Virus record (IMG/VR): IMGVR_UViG_3300049460_000371
Coordinates: 1-64,000 of that record
DNA length: 64,000 nucleotides
Origin: a virus
Reading direction: 5' to 3' (one strand)
Numbering within the stretch: the stretch's first letter is position 1; the number at the start of each line of letters is the position of its first letter. The notes beneath the pieces are model-generated. The model was not told the origin of the DNA. It made no database searches and worked only from the letters and a program-made list of their open reading frames with translations. Positions 46,381 to 56,053 of the stretch are shown here, in pieces. The translations under genes and the position numbers were made by a program.

Positions 46381-47313
46381 TCATACTGGAATCAAACAAC
46401 GATCATATTGTGTCTGCCCAACATTAAGTACATGATGTGACACCGCGGTACCTGTAGTAGACTGATGATAATTTGAATCAACCAATACCGATGCCTTATC
46501 CATGTCATTCCACACAGTATTGCCGTACACCATTTTGATACCCAAAATACGACCACGCAATTTGGCTATCGACGAGCCCAAAGCGGATGACAACATTTCC
46601 ACCGCGGTCATAGTCAATGCCCCATTTTGAACAGAACCAGCAGCCAACGTACTTATTGGGTAACCACTTCCTGGCATTCCCAATGCGGTAACTACATTGT
46701 TATATGGAGTCGTAGAACTACCAGTCGTGAGGCCATTTGCTACACCACGTAATGATCCAAAAAAACCAAACCCACCAGAATTGGGATAGATTATTTGATG
46801 TGTACCAATAAAGATATTGGTCGATATCGTATCGTCTTCGCCAAAGTCTTTAGCAATTTCAAATGATCCAAACAAGAAACCATATACTAACAAGTTTGAA
46901 CGTAATCTAGTTGCAAGCCAGCGTTGATTGACAAACATTACAATGGCGGCACCATCGGCTATTGTAATTGCTTGATTGCCGAATACCGAGCCAGAACCAG
47001 AACCAGTACTGTAGTAGGTGCCGTCGTTGGTACCAACGTGAGTAGTTGCATTCCACGATTCCCAAATCTTGAATAACATTGCGGTAGTGCTAAATGCGAT
47101 TTGAACATACTTGTATGTTGATGCACTACCTTGTTGAAGAGTACGATATACTCGCCCGACCGTCAAACCGCCAGGGGCGGCGGCATCATACTGTGTCCAG
47201 CCCTTCGATACGATGTACGCATCGATTGCTGTCATGATTGATGCAGGTGTATCTGTCGCCGCCATTACAAACATGGACGAGTTTGGTCCTAAAATTGTTT
47301 CTACCATTGCCAT
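46381..47313 (-). CDS. putative virion fibre/structural protein, paralog of 47972-48904
   Basis: Gly/Ser/Thr-rich; same 310-aa length and termini as paralog. Confidence 0.75.
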   Translation of the reverse strand: MAMVETILGPNSSMFVMAATDTPASIMTAIDAYIVSKGWTQYDAAAPGGLTVGRVYRTLQQGSASTYKYVQIAFSTTAMLFKIWESWNATTHVGTNDGTYYSTGSGSGSVFGNQAITIADGAAIVMFVNQRWLATRLRSNLLVYGFLFGSFEIAKDFGEDDTISTNIFIGTHQIIYPNSGGFGFFGSLRGVANGLTTGSSTTPYNNVVTALGMPGSGYPISTLAAGSVQNGALTMTAVEMLSSALGSSIAKLRGRILGIKMVYGNTVWNDMDKASVLVDSNYHQSTTGTAVSHHVLNVGQTQYDRCLIPV

Positions 47314-47325
47314 AATATTCCCTCG

Positions 47326-47907
47326 TTATTGGTATTCAAATCTGACCATCAAATCTGAGCCGTTACCACTCAAGATGTCGATAGTCAAATACTCATTCGA
47401 CGCCATACTAACTGAGAGCGGAATGATAGTTGATGTGTTTGATGTTGCAGCAATAGTCGGCTTTGCTCCGGCACCAAAAATACTTACACCACTTTTCTTC
47501 ACGTCGATTACTAATTGCGAAGACGGAGCGGTGGTGATAGCCATAAACACTGACTGAAGTGTTACTGACTTACCAGGGTACCATCTGATGGTACCGATCG
47601 ACGATGATATCAGCCCAGGGAAGAACGAAGTAGTGAGCTGCGGGCTGTTTACTTTGGTAACCCACTCAAGTTTTGTTGCATCTGAACTAACCTGCAATAT
47701 ACTCCCTGGCGTTGAGCCACCAGTAGTTGGCCACTGTTTACCATGGAATGCAATTTTGTCAGTCGCTAATTGCAATGGTGATGCGGTGGCATCACCGCCC
47801 TCAACTGTTCTAAGCGTTGAGTCCAACCCAAAACCTCGTCCCTGGCTGTTAATTTTCAACAGCTCCTTGAACGAATCTTTAGGGCTTCGATTCTGTAATG
47901 TTGTCAT
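47326..47907 (-). CDS. putative fibre adaptor/structural protein
   Basis: late promoter 47926-47931 (-); N-terminus related to 62710-63333. Confidence 0.7.
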   Translation of the reverse strand: MTTLQNRSPKDSFKELLKINSQGRGFGLDSTLRTVEGGDATASPLQLATDKIAFHGKQWPTTGGSTPGSILQVSSDATKLEWVTKVNSPQLTTSFFPGLISSSIGTIRWYPGKSVTLQSVFMAITTAPSSQLVIDVKKSGVSIFGAGAKPTIAATSNTSTIIPLSVSMASNEYLTIDILSGNGSDLMVRFEYQ

Positions 47908-47971
47908 AATTAATCCTCAAACGTATATTTATCAGTAAAATCATTGGAACAAACAAGTCTGTAAATGAACA

Positions 47972-48904
47972 TCAGACTGGTATCAAAAAACGAGCATATG
48001 TTTGACCAGATGGATTAATGATGTGATGGCTTACTGATGTACCACTCGGGCTTTCGTGATAATTGGCATCAACTAATACCTGCGCGGTGTCCATATCGTT
48101 CCATGATGCTGAGGTAAGAGCTATTTTGGCGCCAAACACTCGACCACGTAGTAATTTAACACCAGACGATGAAATGTTAACTGCCAGTTCGACCGCAGTT
48201 ATGGTTGCCGCAATACTGGTGCCATACGCTGAGATTATTGAGCCAAGGGATAAACTTTGAAGTGGTAAACCAGTTGGAAGCACAATACTGTTATATGTAC
48301 TTGCTACTACTCCTGTCGTATTGGAATTACTAACACCGCGTAACGATCCGTAGAATCCGGCCGACGTATTAATTGGATATGCCGACGGTGTGCTAGTCAT
48401 AAAGATATTGGATAGGGTAGAATCCGCCTCGCCGTAGTCCTTCGATATTTCAAACGCCCCGTTAATGACACTGTAAACGAGAGTGTTAGACACCGCTCTA
48501 AATGCTAACCATTTTGGATTCACAAACATCACCACACCATAGCCTGCTGTGCCAGTAACGGTCGGTGCCGTTCCACCAAGGGAAACCGAACCACCAGGGT
48601 TATAATACGTACCATCATTGGTGCCCACATGAGTGGACGAATTCCATGATTCCCAAATCTTCAATTGAATGGTGGCTGCCGATACTGCTATGCCCACATA
48701 TTTGTACGTTACCGCACTACCATCTTGCAGGGCGCGATAAACACGACCTACCGTTTGACCTTGTGGAGCGGCAGCATCATAAAGTGTCCAGCCCTTTGAT
48801 GTAATGTACGTGTCCAGAGCAGTCATAACTGTTGCTGGAGTCTCACCTGTCCCATAGGTAAACAGAGATGAGTTAGGCCCCAAGATTGTTTCTGATATTG
48901 CCAT
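47972..48904 (-). CDS. putative virion fibre/structural protein, paralog of 46381-47313
   Basis: late promoter 48934-48939 (-); ETILGPNSS, KIWESWN, WNDMD shared. Confidence 0.75.
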   Translation of the reverse strand: MAISETILGPNSSLFTYGTGETPATVMTALDTYITSKGWTLYDAAAPQGQTVGRVYRALQDGSAVTYKYVGIAVSAATIQLKIWESWNSSTHVGTNDGTYYNPGGSVSLGGTAPTVTGTAGYGVVMFVNPKWLAFRAVSNTLVYSVINGAFEISKDYGEADSTLSNIFMTSTPSAYPINTSAGFYGSLRGVSNSNTTGVVASTYNSIVLPTGLPLQSLSLGSIISAYGTSIAATITAVELAVNISSSGVKLLRGRVFGAKIALTSASWNDMDTAQVLVDANYHESPSGTSVSHHIINPSGQTYARFLIPV

Positions 48905-49012
48905 ATAAGCTCCTGTTATGTATTAAGGTGCCTTATTTAGTACCCACGAGCAACAGTTGACTTTATTCATTTGGTGCAATATCATACTTGAAATTAGCCA
49001 AGTGAGGACACA

Positions 49013-49534
49013 ATGAAAGACTTCCGGGATCAACTGAATGCTGCGCGTGAAGCTCTGAATATCGCCGAGGTGCCACGAGATCCATACAAGGTGGATCGGG
49101 TGGTGAGTCTAGCCCATCGCGTTCGCATGGTGACCAATCCCCTACCAGTACCAACCGTATGTCCGCACTGCCAGGGGACGGTTGGCCTCTACAACAACCG
49201 CAAGGTCTACAACGGCCGCGAGTTCGGTAAATGGCCCTACGTTTACCTTTGCGAGAACGTCGCCTGCGGGGCTCACGTGGGTTTGCACCCAGAGACTGAC
49301 ATCCCGCTTGGAACGCTTGCCACTGACGCTATACGACAGGCCCGGCAGATTGCCAAGAGTTCCTTCAACGACCTCCATGAAGACGGCGGCCCCATGGCTT
49401 CCCGCACTGCGGCATATGAATGGTTGGCAGCGAAAATGGGGATCGAGGTTGGAACATGCCATATAGGCTGGTTCAATGAACAGCAGTGTGATCGTGTGGT
49501 TGAACTATGTGATGAATATTTCATGAACCTGTAA
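49013..49534 (+). CDS. zinc-finger protein (DUF3268-like)
   Basis: CPHC..YLC..CGAHVGLH..TDIPLGTLA; AYEWLA..MG....CHIG. Confidence 0.75.
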   Translation: MKDFRDQLNAAREALNIAEVPRDPYKVDRVVSLAHRVRMVTNPLPVPTVCPHCQGTVGLYNNRKVYNGREFGKWPYVYLCENVACGAHVGLHPETDIPLGTLATDAIRQARQIAKSSFNDLHEDGGPMASRTAAYEWLAAKMGIEVGTCHIGWFNEQQCDRVVELCDEYFMNL

Positions 49535-49563
49535 TATTCTGGCAACAATCGTTGCTCTTATAC

Positions 49564-49605
49564 AAAAATGACGTATTCCGGTTTCGGCTGGTTTACGTCA
49601 TTTTT
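49564..49605. repeat. 12-bp inverted repeat (hairpin or terminator) next to element B
   Basis: AAAAATGACGTA ... TACGTCATTTTT. Confidence 0.75.
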
Positions 49606-49618
49606 ATGACGAGAATCA

Positions 49619-49715
49619 AAATACCTACCTGGAGTTTACGACATCAGGTGTGTCATTTCTGACATACTTCGTCAAGAATCATAGAAACATGATCTTCTTC
49701 TTTCTTCATGGAAAG
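49619..49715. repeat. non-coding element B, inverted copy of element A
   Basis: 27-bp exact core plus 19/20-bp second box at the same 14-nt spacing. Confidence 0.9.
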
Positions 49716-50206
49716 TTATAGATCATTAGGTTATTATCGTGAGTAGTGGTTTAGTAGTTGGTAGTATACCTGAGTGGAAGTTGATGTAGTGTGGAATGCT
49801 GTGGGTGTTTAGTTGTTGAGGTGGAATGATGTGTATGTTGCGTGGTACAAATCTTTTATAATGTGTGTATTGCTTATTGAGTTATGTTAGTCACCCAACC
49901 TTCGTGATGAAGCAAGTGTTGTACTTTAGCGCGGATGTGTTTTCATAGTTAAATGGCTGCGTGTTGTTGGTTCTGTGGGTGAATTTTAAAAAAGTTTGTG
50001 ATCTAAGTGGTGTGTTGCTGTATGTCAAGTGATTTCTTGGATTATCTATGGTAATAAGAGGATTTTGCTTGTATGAATGTTAACTCACTTAATTGGTTGC
50101 AAATAATTTGCTTAAGAATCAGTGACTTACGTGGGGGATGAGTCTAGCGAGGGTTGTGAACTTGTAGTACATTACAGCTCTGCGATCAATAGAGTGAGAA
50201 ACCGTT
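49716..50206. other. G/T-rich, C-poor non-coding tract
   Basis: 49741-49800 has 22 G, 21 T, 14 A, 3 C; no ORF of 60 aa or more. Confidence 0.8.
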
Positions 50207-50761
50207 ATGTTTTTTAGTCATTGTTTACAGCTTTTGGGTTCCGGGGGTAGTAGTGTTCGACCGGATCAGATAACGGACGTAACCAGTGTGATGTTTCGTT
50301 TAAATTCTGGAGTTCGGATAAAGAAGCTGGATAGTATCAAGACTTCGTTGTTGATGATTGAGGCTGTTCATTTATCTTGGTCGAACTGTGACTATGGTGA
50401 ATGTGATGCTGAGTCCATGTTGATGTTCGACAATTTTGTTTCATATACGTACAGGAAGTTTTCACCGCCTATAGCTATGGCGTTGATCAAGTATGCGATT
50501 CGTGACCGTAGTTTGTCTATGCGGAATGCCAGTCGTAGTAGTAATTGGGACTTGATCCAGAATTCATTTAGTGGCCCGTTGTTGAGTCGTAATCCCAGTG
50601 TTGCCGATCTTCGTACCAGCAAGCAGTTTGAGCGGTGTTATCGTCGTTTGCGTGCCTGCATTGCGATCAGTAATTGTCTGCATGAGTATATTCGTACTGA
50701 ACTTGACCGTTATCGTGAGAAGTCGATCTTAGCGTTGCCTCGCCACCTGATTGAAGAATAG
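50207..50761 (+). CDS. hypothetical protein with T/G-biased codons
   Basis: ORF track. Confidence 0.55.
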   Translation: MFFSHCLQLLGSGGSSVRPDQITDVTSVMFRLNSGVRIKKLDSIKTSLLMIEAVHLSWSNCDYGECDAESMLMFDNFVSYTYRKFSPPIAMALIKYAIRDRSLSMRNASRSSNWDLIQNSFSGPLLSRNPSVADLRTSKQFERCYRRLRACIAISNCLHEYIRTELDRYREKSILALPRHLIEE

Positions 50762-50791
50762 GTTGATTCATTTGCATCCTTGTAGTACCAT

Positions 50792-51208
50792 ATGGTTTTA
50801 CATGAATATGGTGCTACTATGTTGGGTTACACATGTTTGATATTGAATTATGAGGATCGCCAGCGCTTGATGGCGCGCTTTCCTCCAGAGTATCAGCATC
50901 ATGTCGCCCATCACATCACCATCGCGTATGGCGTCGACGGCAGCACTATGCCTGACATGTGGGAAGGTTTCATTGTTGGTGATGCGTATGACAAGGGTGT
51001 TCAAGCACTTGTTGTTGAGATTAACGGCAATACTGTTCGCCCAGATGGTGCGCATTATCATATCACCTGGAGTTTGGATGAAGGTCGTTTCCCTGACCAG
51101 TCAATTGCGTTGTTGAACCGTGGTTGGTTCCCATTGGCTGATGGTGAACGCATTCCTGTTTCATTCACACCGGCATTTGTGCTCAGCAAGTCGAGTCGTA
51201 CCAAATGA
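50792..51208 (+). CDS. 2H phosphoesterase family protein
   Basis: two HxT motifs: HHITI and YHITW. Confidence 0.75.
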   Translation: MVLHEYGATMLGYTCLILNYEDRQRLMARFPPEYQHHVAHHITIAYGVDGSTMPDMWEGFIVGDAYDKGVQALVVEINGNTVRPDGAHYHITWSLDEGRFPDQSIALLNRGWFPLADGERIPVSFTPAFVLSKSSRTK

Positions 51209-51765
51209 CCTGGCTGTCTCCTATTCCTTTTCTGTTAGTTCCCACTCACTACAGTGAATCGTTCCATGTTATTCCCTCGGGAGCGACTGGTTTACCCATG
51301 CGCCCGCATCCTGGTTCGTTTGGGATGGTTCGTCGAAACCATGTTCATGAGGGCGTGGATCTTTACTGTCCAGAGGGCACTCCTGTCATGGCAGTTGAGG
51401 GCGGAGTGGTGGTTGCCATTTTGCCGTTCACTGGTCAGAATGCGTTTGCGGTCAACCCCAAGACGGGCGAATCTGAGCCATTGAAATGGTGGCTGGATAC
51501 TGACGTCGTGTTGGTTGAGGGTGCGAGTGGGGTCGTGGCATACGGCGAGATCACACCAGGCTGTCATGTGGGCGACATCCTTCATGCGGGTGATGTCTTG
51601 GGTGCGGTCCAGCGCGTATTGGCCAAGGACAAGGGGCGGCCGATGTCCATGTTGCATATTGAGCTTCATGTTTCTGGGACGCGGGTGCCCACTTGTTGGT
51701 ATCAGGAGAATGGGAAGCCAGAATCGTTATTGGATCCCACTCCATTTTTGCTGGCTATCAAATAA
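51205..51765 (+). CDS. M23 family metallopeptidase
   Basis: HEGVDL, GTPV.A...G.V, LHIE. Confidence 0.85.
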   Translation: MTWLSPIPFLLVPTHYSESFHVIPSGATGLPMRPHPGSFGMVRRNHVHEGVDLYCPEGTPVMAVEGGVVVAILPFTGQNAFAVNPKTGESEPLKWWLDTDVVLVEGASGVVAYGEITPGCHVGDILHAGDVLGAVQRVLAKDKGRPMSMLHIELHVSGTRVPTCWYQENGKPESLLDPTPFLLAIK

Positions 51766-51788
51766 ATGGGGGCCTCGGGCGCCATTTA

Positions 51789-52226
51789 CTAGATATCAGT
51801 TTTCTTACTTGGCTGTTCAGTCAACTCTTTCGCGCACACCATATTGAAGATATCACCCAGGAGTGTTTTTGGGTATACTACTTCTTTCTTACCAGGTTCA
51901 GTTGCGCCTTTTGCCAATACGTCTTTGGTATCAGCATCGATGAAGTCGGTAGTGGGGCCAGGTTGCGAGATCACTATCACATCGTACTTGGATCGATAGA
52001 TACCAAATTGAACGGCTTGGACGAAGCCATAATGGCGTTTGGTCTTTTCGTTGTAGAGGTTGCTGAACTTCACATAGTTGACGCCCGTGCAGGTCATGTT
52101 ATCGGCCATGACTGCCACTTCCGCGATCGTGCTATCTGAGTTTGGTTTACTGCTGATTTTGTTCCATGTTGTCTCCGCGTGCGCGGTGCTGGCCAGGATT
52201 GCCAGTGCGAATAAAAACTTCTTCAT
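51789..52226 (-). CDS. secreted/periplasmic protein
   Basis: signal peptide MKKFLFALAILASTAHA; RBS GGAG. Confidence 0.75.
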   Translation of the reverse strand: MKKFLFALAILASTAHAETTWNKISSKPNSDSTIAEVAVMADNMTCTGVNYVKFSNLYNEKTKRHYGFVQAVQFGIYRSKYDVIVISQPGPTTDFIDADTKDVLAKGATEPGKKEVVYPKTLLGDIFNMVCAKELTEQPSKKTDI

Positions 52227-52321
52227 TGAAACTCCATATTGATTTACTAATATGGTAAATGGTATCTGGTGTTCGTCATAATTATTCCTGCTTATCAACT
52301 TTCACTTGAAGAATCAAGTCC

Positions 52322-52717
52322 TTGGTATTACCATATGGCTTCCGTGACTGTGAGACTACTATGAAAAATCCGCGTTGGGTCAACAACTACCGTTTGCAAT
52401 ATTGGCTCTATGCTGTGTTGAACCATGAGTTTGGCACTGAGGTTAAGATGGAGCGTGATTCCCTGCACTCCAGGTATTCGGTCAATCGTCATGGTTTCAA
52501 TGTGAGGACTAACCGTACTCCGCTCGCTACTGCGCGCCGTCTGTTCATTGCTCGTTTGGAGCGTGCTGGTTACAAGATCAGTTCTGAGTCCACTCGTAGT
52601 ATGTTGGTCATGCAGAAAAGTGTTACTCGTTTGACCAAGCACGAGGATCAGTATATTGCCATCCGTGACATTCAGGATGGTAAGTTTTATGTGAATGGTA
52701 GTTCTTCACTCAGGTAG
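52322..52717 (+). CDS. hypothetical protein
   Basis: ORF track; true start probably ATG 52361. Confidence 0.65.
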   Translation: MVLPYGFRDCETTMKNPRWVNNYRLQYWLYAVLNHEFGTEVKMERDSLHSRYSVNRHGFNVRTNRTPLATARRLFIARLERAGYKISSESTRSMLVMQKSVTRLTKHEDQYIAIRDIQDGKFYVNGSSSLR

Positions 52718-52747
52718 TTTTCAACTCTCGCCAATAATAAAAATAAC

Positions 52748-53152
52748 ATGACCCCTACACAAAAAATCAAAAAGCATCTTCTGACTCGTCTGGAAAACTG
52801 GCGTCCTATTCGTTTGCCTGCCCTTAACACAGGTGAAGAGGTTGACAACGCCTACGAGATGTATCTGGATCTCGAGAGCGACACCTTGCAGGATCTGCGC
52901 TATGAAGTCCGCGAAGGCCAGGTCAATACCGATATTCAACCTTTCATTTGCAATACTCGTTTGCTGCGCGATTACGACGCCTCTTCAGTTGCAATGCAGA
53001 TGGACGATGGTTCGTGGGTTGGCTGGACGTATTGGTCAGGCGGTGGTCGTCATGGTGAGTCGCATGCAATCCAGTGGATGGAAGATGCCATTGAACTGAC
53101 CTGTACAGAAAAGCAGGTTATGGTTACTGAGCGCACGTTCACCAAAGTATAA
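52748..53152 (+). CDS. hypothetical phage protein
   Basis: DGSWVGWTYWSGGGRHGE motif. Confidence 0.75.
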   Translation: MTPTQKIKKHLLTRLENWRPIRLPALNTGEEVDNAYEMYLDLESDTLQDLRYEVREGQVNTDIQPFICNTRLLRDYDASSVAMQMDDGSWVGWTYWSGGGRHGESHAIQWMEDAIELTCTEKQVMVTERTFTKV

Positions 53153-53153
53153 C

Positions 53154-53921
53154 GTGCATCCGCTTCAACGTTATATTCAGATATCGTGCAGGTATTATAC
53201 CTACTATGCGAGTGGTCTGTCATCGATCAGTTGTATGTTCGAGTATATGTATACCGACCGAATCTATCATGACATAATCAATCTGAATAGTCATGGGCGT
53301 TCGGTCATGCAAAAGCGTCGATCCATCTTCAATCAATACATATCAGATCCATCATATCAACTATGGCCTGACGAGTTAACTGTTGAGATGGTAAATAGCC
53401 TGATTACTCCTGAGCTATATGCACAAGCTGAACGTCGTGCTCGTCGCAATGTGATGTTTTCTACCCGCGATCATGCTGGTAACTTCTTGAAGAATCCACC
53501 GAACAGTATCATGTTTGAAGATCCGGTGGTGTTCCGTAGTATCTTGCAGCCACATATTGATCAGTTGGGTCCGTGCATTGTTTCACAGTTTAATAATATT
53601 GCCAATATTCCAGAGTTCAAACTTGATTACGAGTCATTTGCCGCAGAGTTAAGCGCACATCATGCGGCACATCATAAGCATTATATATTTGTTAATGGCC
53701 TCGATAGTATTAATCAACTTGATGCCTCCTTACCATCAGGAAATCTGATTGCCAATGGCTTGACTGATCCCCAGATAATAGCAAGTTGTCGTGATGCCTG
53801 TCGTGCATTATTCGAGCACATTCAACTTCGAGAGTTGCCACTATCAAGTTTGCGAGACCGTTTAACTACAGATATGGATTATTTGAATCATTTGCTTGAG
53901 CGTAATGAACAAATTTGCTAA
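53154..53921 (+). CDS. hypothetical protein
   Basis: long ORF in co-directional run. Confidence 0.65.
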   Translation: MHPLQRYIQISCRYYTYYASGLSSISCMFEYMYTDRIYHDIINLNSHGRSVMQKRRSIFNQYISDPSYQLWPDELTVEMVNSLITPELYAQAERRARRNVMFSTRDHAGNFLKNPPNSIMFEDPVVFRSILQPHIDQLGPCIVSQFNNIANIPEFKLDYESFAAELSAHHAAHHKHYIFVNGLDSINQLDASLPSGNLIANGLTDPQIIASCRDACRALFEHIQLRELPLSSLRDRLTTDMDYLNHLLERNEQIC

Positions 53922-53954
53922 AATATAGCCACAATTTGTCCCAAGGAGAATCGG

Positions 53955-56015
53955 ATGACGGCCAAGATCAAGAAGGAAATGGCAGCGCTGGCCAAAGAGG
54001 TAGCGCGCCATCAAAAGCTGTATTACGAGGAGAATGACCCCGTAATTACGGACGGCGAGTACGACGTCATGTATCGCCAACTGGTGGATCTGGAAGAGCA
54101 GTATCCCCAGTACAAAGTAAAGAACTCGCCAACCGACAACATCGGCGGCAAACCGTCCGGCACCTTCACGGAGATCAAGCACCTGATCCCCATGCTGAGC
54201 CTGGGCAATAGTCTGAACGCGGCCGACACCCAGGTGTTCCTGGATAAAGTATGCGCCGAACTGAAGATCAAACCGGCCGCCCTCGAGCTGTACGAAGAAC
54301 TCAAGTACGACGGCCTGTCGTGCTCTGCCACTTACCTGTATGGTAAGCTGGAACAAGGCGCCACTCGCGGTGACGGTCTGACCGGCGAAGACATCACGGC
54401 CAACCTGAAAACTGTCCAAAACGTCCCACACGTCATCAACGAGCTCTTGGAAGTACCGCGCTTCGAGATTCGCGGCGAGGTACTGATGACGCGTGCGAGC
54501 TTCAAAGCCCTGAACGAACGTCAGGCCAAGCTCGGTGGCAAGATCTTCAGCAATCCCCGCAATGCGGCCGCAGGTGCGCTGCGCAATAGCGACCCGGAGA
54601 TCACTCGCGAGCGTGGACTGCACTTCTACGCCTACAGCCTGGGCGCATGCAGCGACGAAATCTATCCAAAAGTTGACGGCGGCATTTCGCCTGATCCATT
54701 CGGCGTGACCACGCAAGAGCAACTGCTGGCCAAGTTCGTCAGCCTGGGCTTTGTGACGGCTAGCGACCTGAAAGTCGTAACTGCTGACAAGGTGCTGGAA
54801 AGCTTCAAGGAAATTCAAGCCAAGCGTCCCGACCTGCCATACGAAATCGACGGCGTGGTATACAAGGTCAACAAGCTGGCCTATCAAGTTCAGCTGGGCT
54901 GGAAGTCGCGCACGCCTGAATGGGCAACCGCGTACAAGTTCCCGCCTGACACTGCTGAAACGGTGCTGCTGGCCATCGACATCCAGGTAGGTCGTACTGG
55001 TGCGCAGGCGCCGGTTGCTCGTGTAAAACCGGTCAAGTGCGGCGGGGTGATCGTAACCAACATCACCCTGCACAACATCGAAGAGATCACGCGCAAAGAT
55101 ATCCGCATTGGCGACACGCTGCTGATTATGCGTAACGGCGATGTGATTCCTGGTGTCAGCCATGTTATCAAGGACAAGCGCCCGGCAAACGCTGTCCCGT
55201 ATGAAATGCCAGGCGTTTGCCCATCCTGCGGCGGCGCTACCCACAAGGAAGACGACGGTGCGATCACGTATTGCCTCGCCGGCCTTGGCTGTCCTGCTCA
55301 AGTGTTGGGTGCAATTTCCCACTACGTTTCGCGCAAGGCCATGGACATTGACGGCATTGGCGACTCGACCATTCAGACGCTGCTGGATGCCAACCTGATC
55401 AAGATGCCAAGCGATCTGTACTCGCTGAAAAAAGAAGACGTGCTGGGCCTGGAAGGCTTTGGTGAGTCGTCGGCGGAGTTGCTGGTGAACGGCGTGCATG
55501 CGATCAAGAAACCAGAATTGCGTCGCTTCATTTACGCGCTGGGCATTCCCAATACGGGCGAGGGCACCAGCAAGCGCTTGGCTGAGCACTTCGGTTCGTT
55601 TGACAAGTTGCTGGCCGCAGCACACAATGAACTGATGGCGATCCCGGACATCGGCAAAACGACCGCCAGCAGCATAAGTGACTACCTGTTCGACCCAGTA
55701 ACGGGCGTGGAAGCGCGCAAGCTGGCTAAGATCCTGGAGCCTCAAGATCTGGTCAAGGTCGACACCAGCGTGATGAAGCTGAAAGGTCAAACGTTCCTGG
55801 TCACTGGTACGCTGTCAGTGAAGCGCGACGTGATCCATAAGCTCATCGAAGAAAACGGCGGTGTGGTCGCTGGCTCGGTGAACAAGGATCTCAACTACTT
55901 GCTGGCTGGTGAAGAAGCGGGTAGCAAGCTGGAGAAAGCTGAGAAATTGAACGGCAGCAAAAAGGCAAATATCAGTATCATTACGGAAGAAATTTTCCGC
56001 TCAATGATCGCATAA
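53955..56015 (+). CDS. ligA: NAD-dependent DNA ligase
   Basis: ELKYDG, TRGDG..GEDIT, NPRNAAAG, IDGVVYK, QVGRTG, Zn finger, HhH, BRCT. Confidence 0.98.
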   Translation: MTAKIKKEMAALAKEVARHQKLYYEENDPVITDGEYDVMYRQLVDLEEQYPQYKVKNSPTDNIGGKPSGTFTEIKHLIPMLSLGNSLNAADTQVFLDKVCAELKIKPAALELYEELKYDGLSCSATYLYGKLEQGATRGDGLTGEDITANLKTVQNVPHVINELLEVPRFEIRGEVLMTRASFKALNERQAKLGGKIFSNPRNAAAGALRNSDPEITRERGLHFYAYSLGACSDEIYPKVDGGISPDPFGVTTQEQLLAKFVSLGFVTASDLKVVTADKVLESFKEIQAKRPDLPYEIDGVVYKVNKLAYQVQLGWKSRTPEWATAYKFPPDTAETVLLAIDIQVGRTGAQAPVARVKPVKCGGVIVTNITLHNIEEITRKDIRIGDTLLIMRNGDVIPGVSHVIKDKRPANAVPYEMPGVCPSCGGATHKEDDGAITYCLAGLGCPAQVLGAISHYVSRKAMDIDGIGDSTIQTLLDANLIKMPSDLYSLKKEDVLGLEGFGESSAELLVNGVHAIKKPELRRFIYALGIPNTGEGTSKRLAEHFGSFDKLLAAAHNELMAIPDIGKTTASSISDYLFDPVTGVEARKLAKILEPQDLVKVDTSVMKLKGQTFLVTGTLSVKRDVIHKLIEENGGVVAGSVNKDLNYLLAGEEAGSKLEKAEKLNGSKKANISIITEEIFRSMIA

Positions 56016-56053
56016 CAATGGGGCCTAGTGCCCCATTTATCTGAAAGAGTTAC

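Noticed and set aside
46381-48904. Diversity-generating retroelement acting on the paired 310-aa genes
   Set aside because: The differences are spread over whole genes and are not adenine-specific, and no reverse transcriptase is in the window.
3001-49715. Invertible 46-kb segment or transposon bounded by the inverted repeats
   Set aside because: No recombinase or transposase is adjacent, most genes are + strand both inside and outside, and an inversion would not explain skew confined to the outer flanks.
53862-55790. 642-aa minus-strand ORF
   Set aside because: Antisense shadow of ligA caused by its codon bias; no motifs and no RBS.
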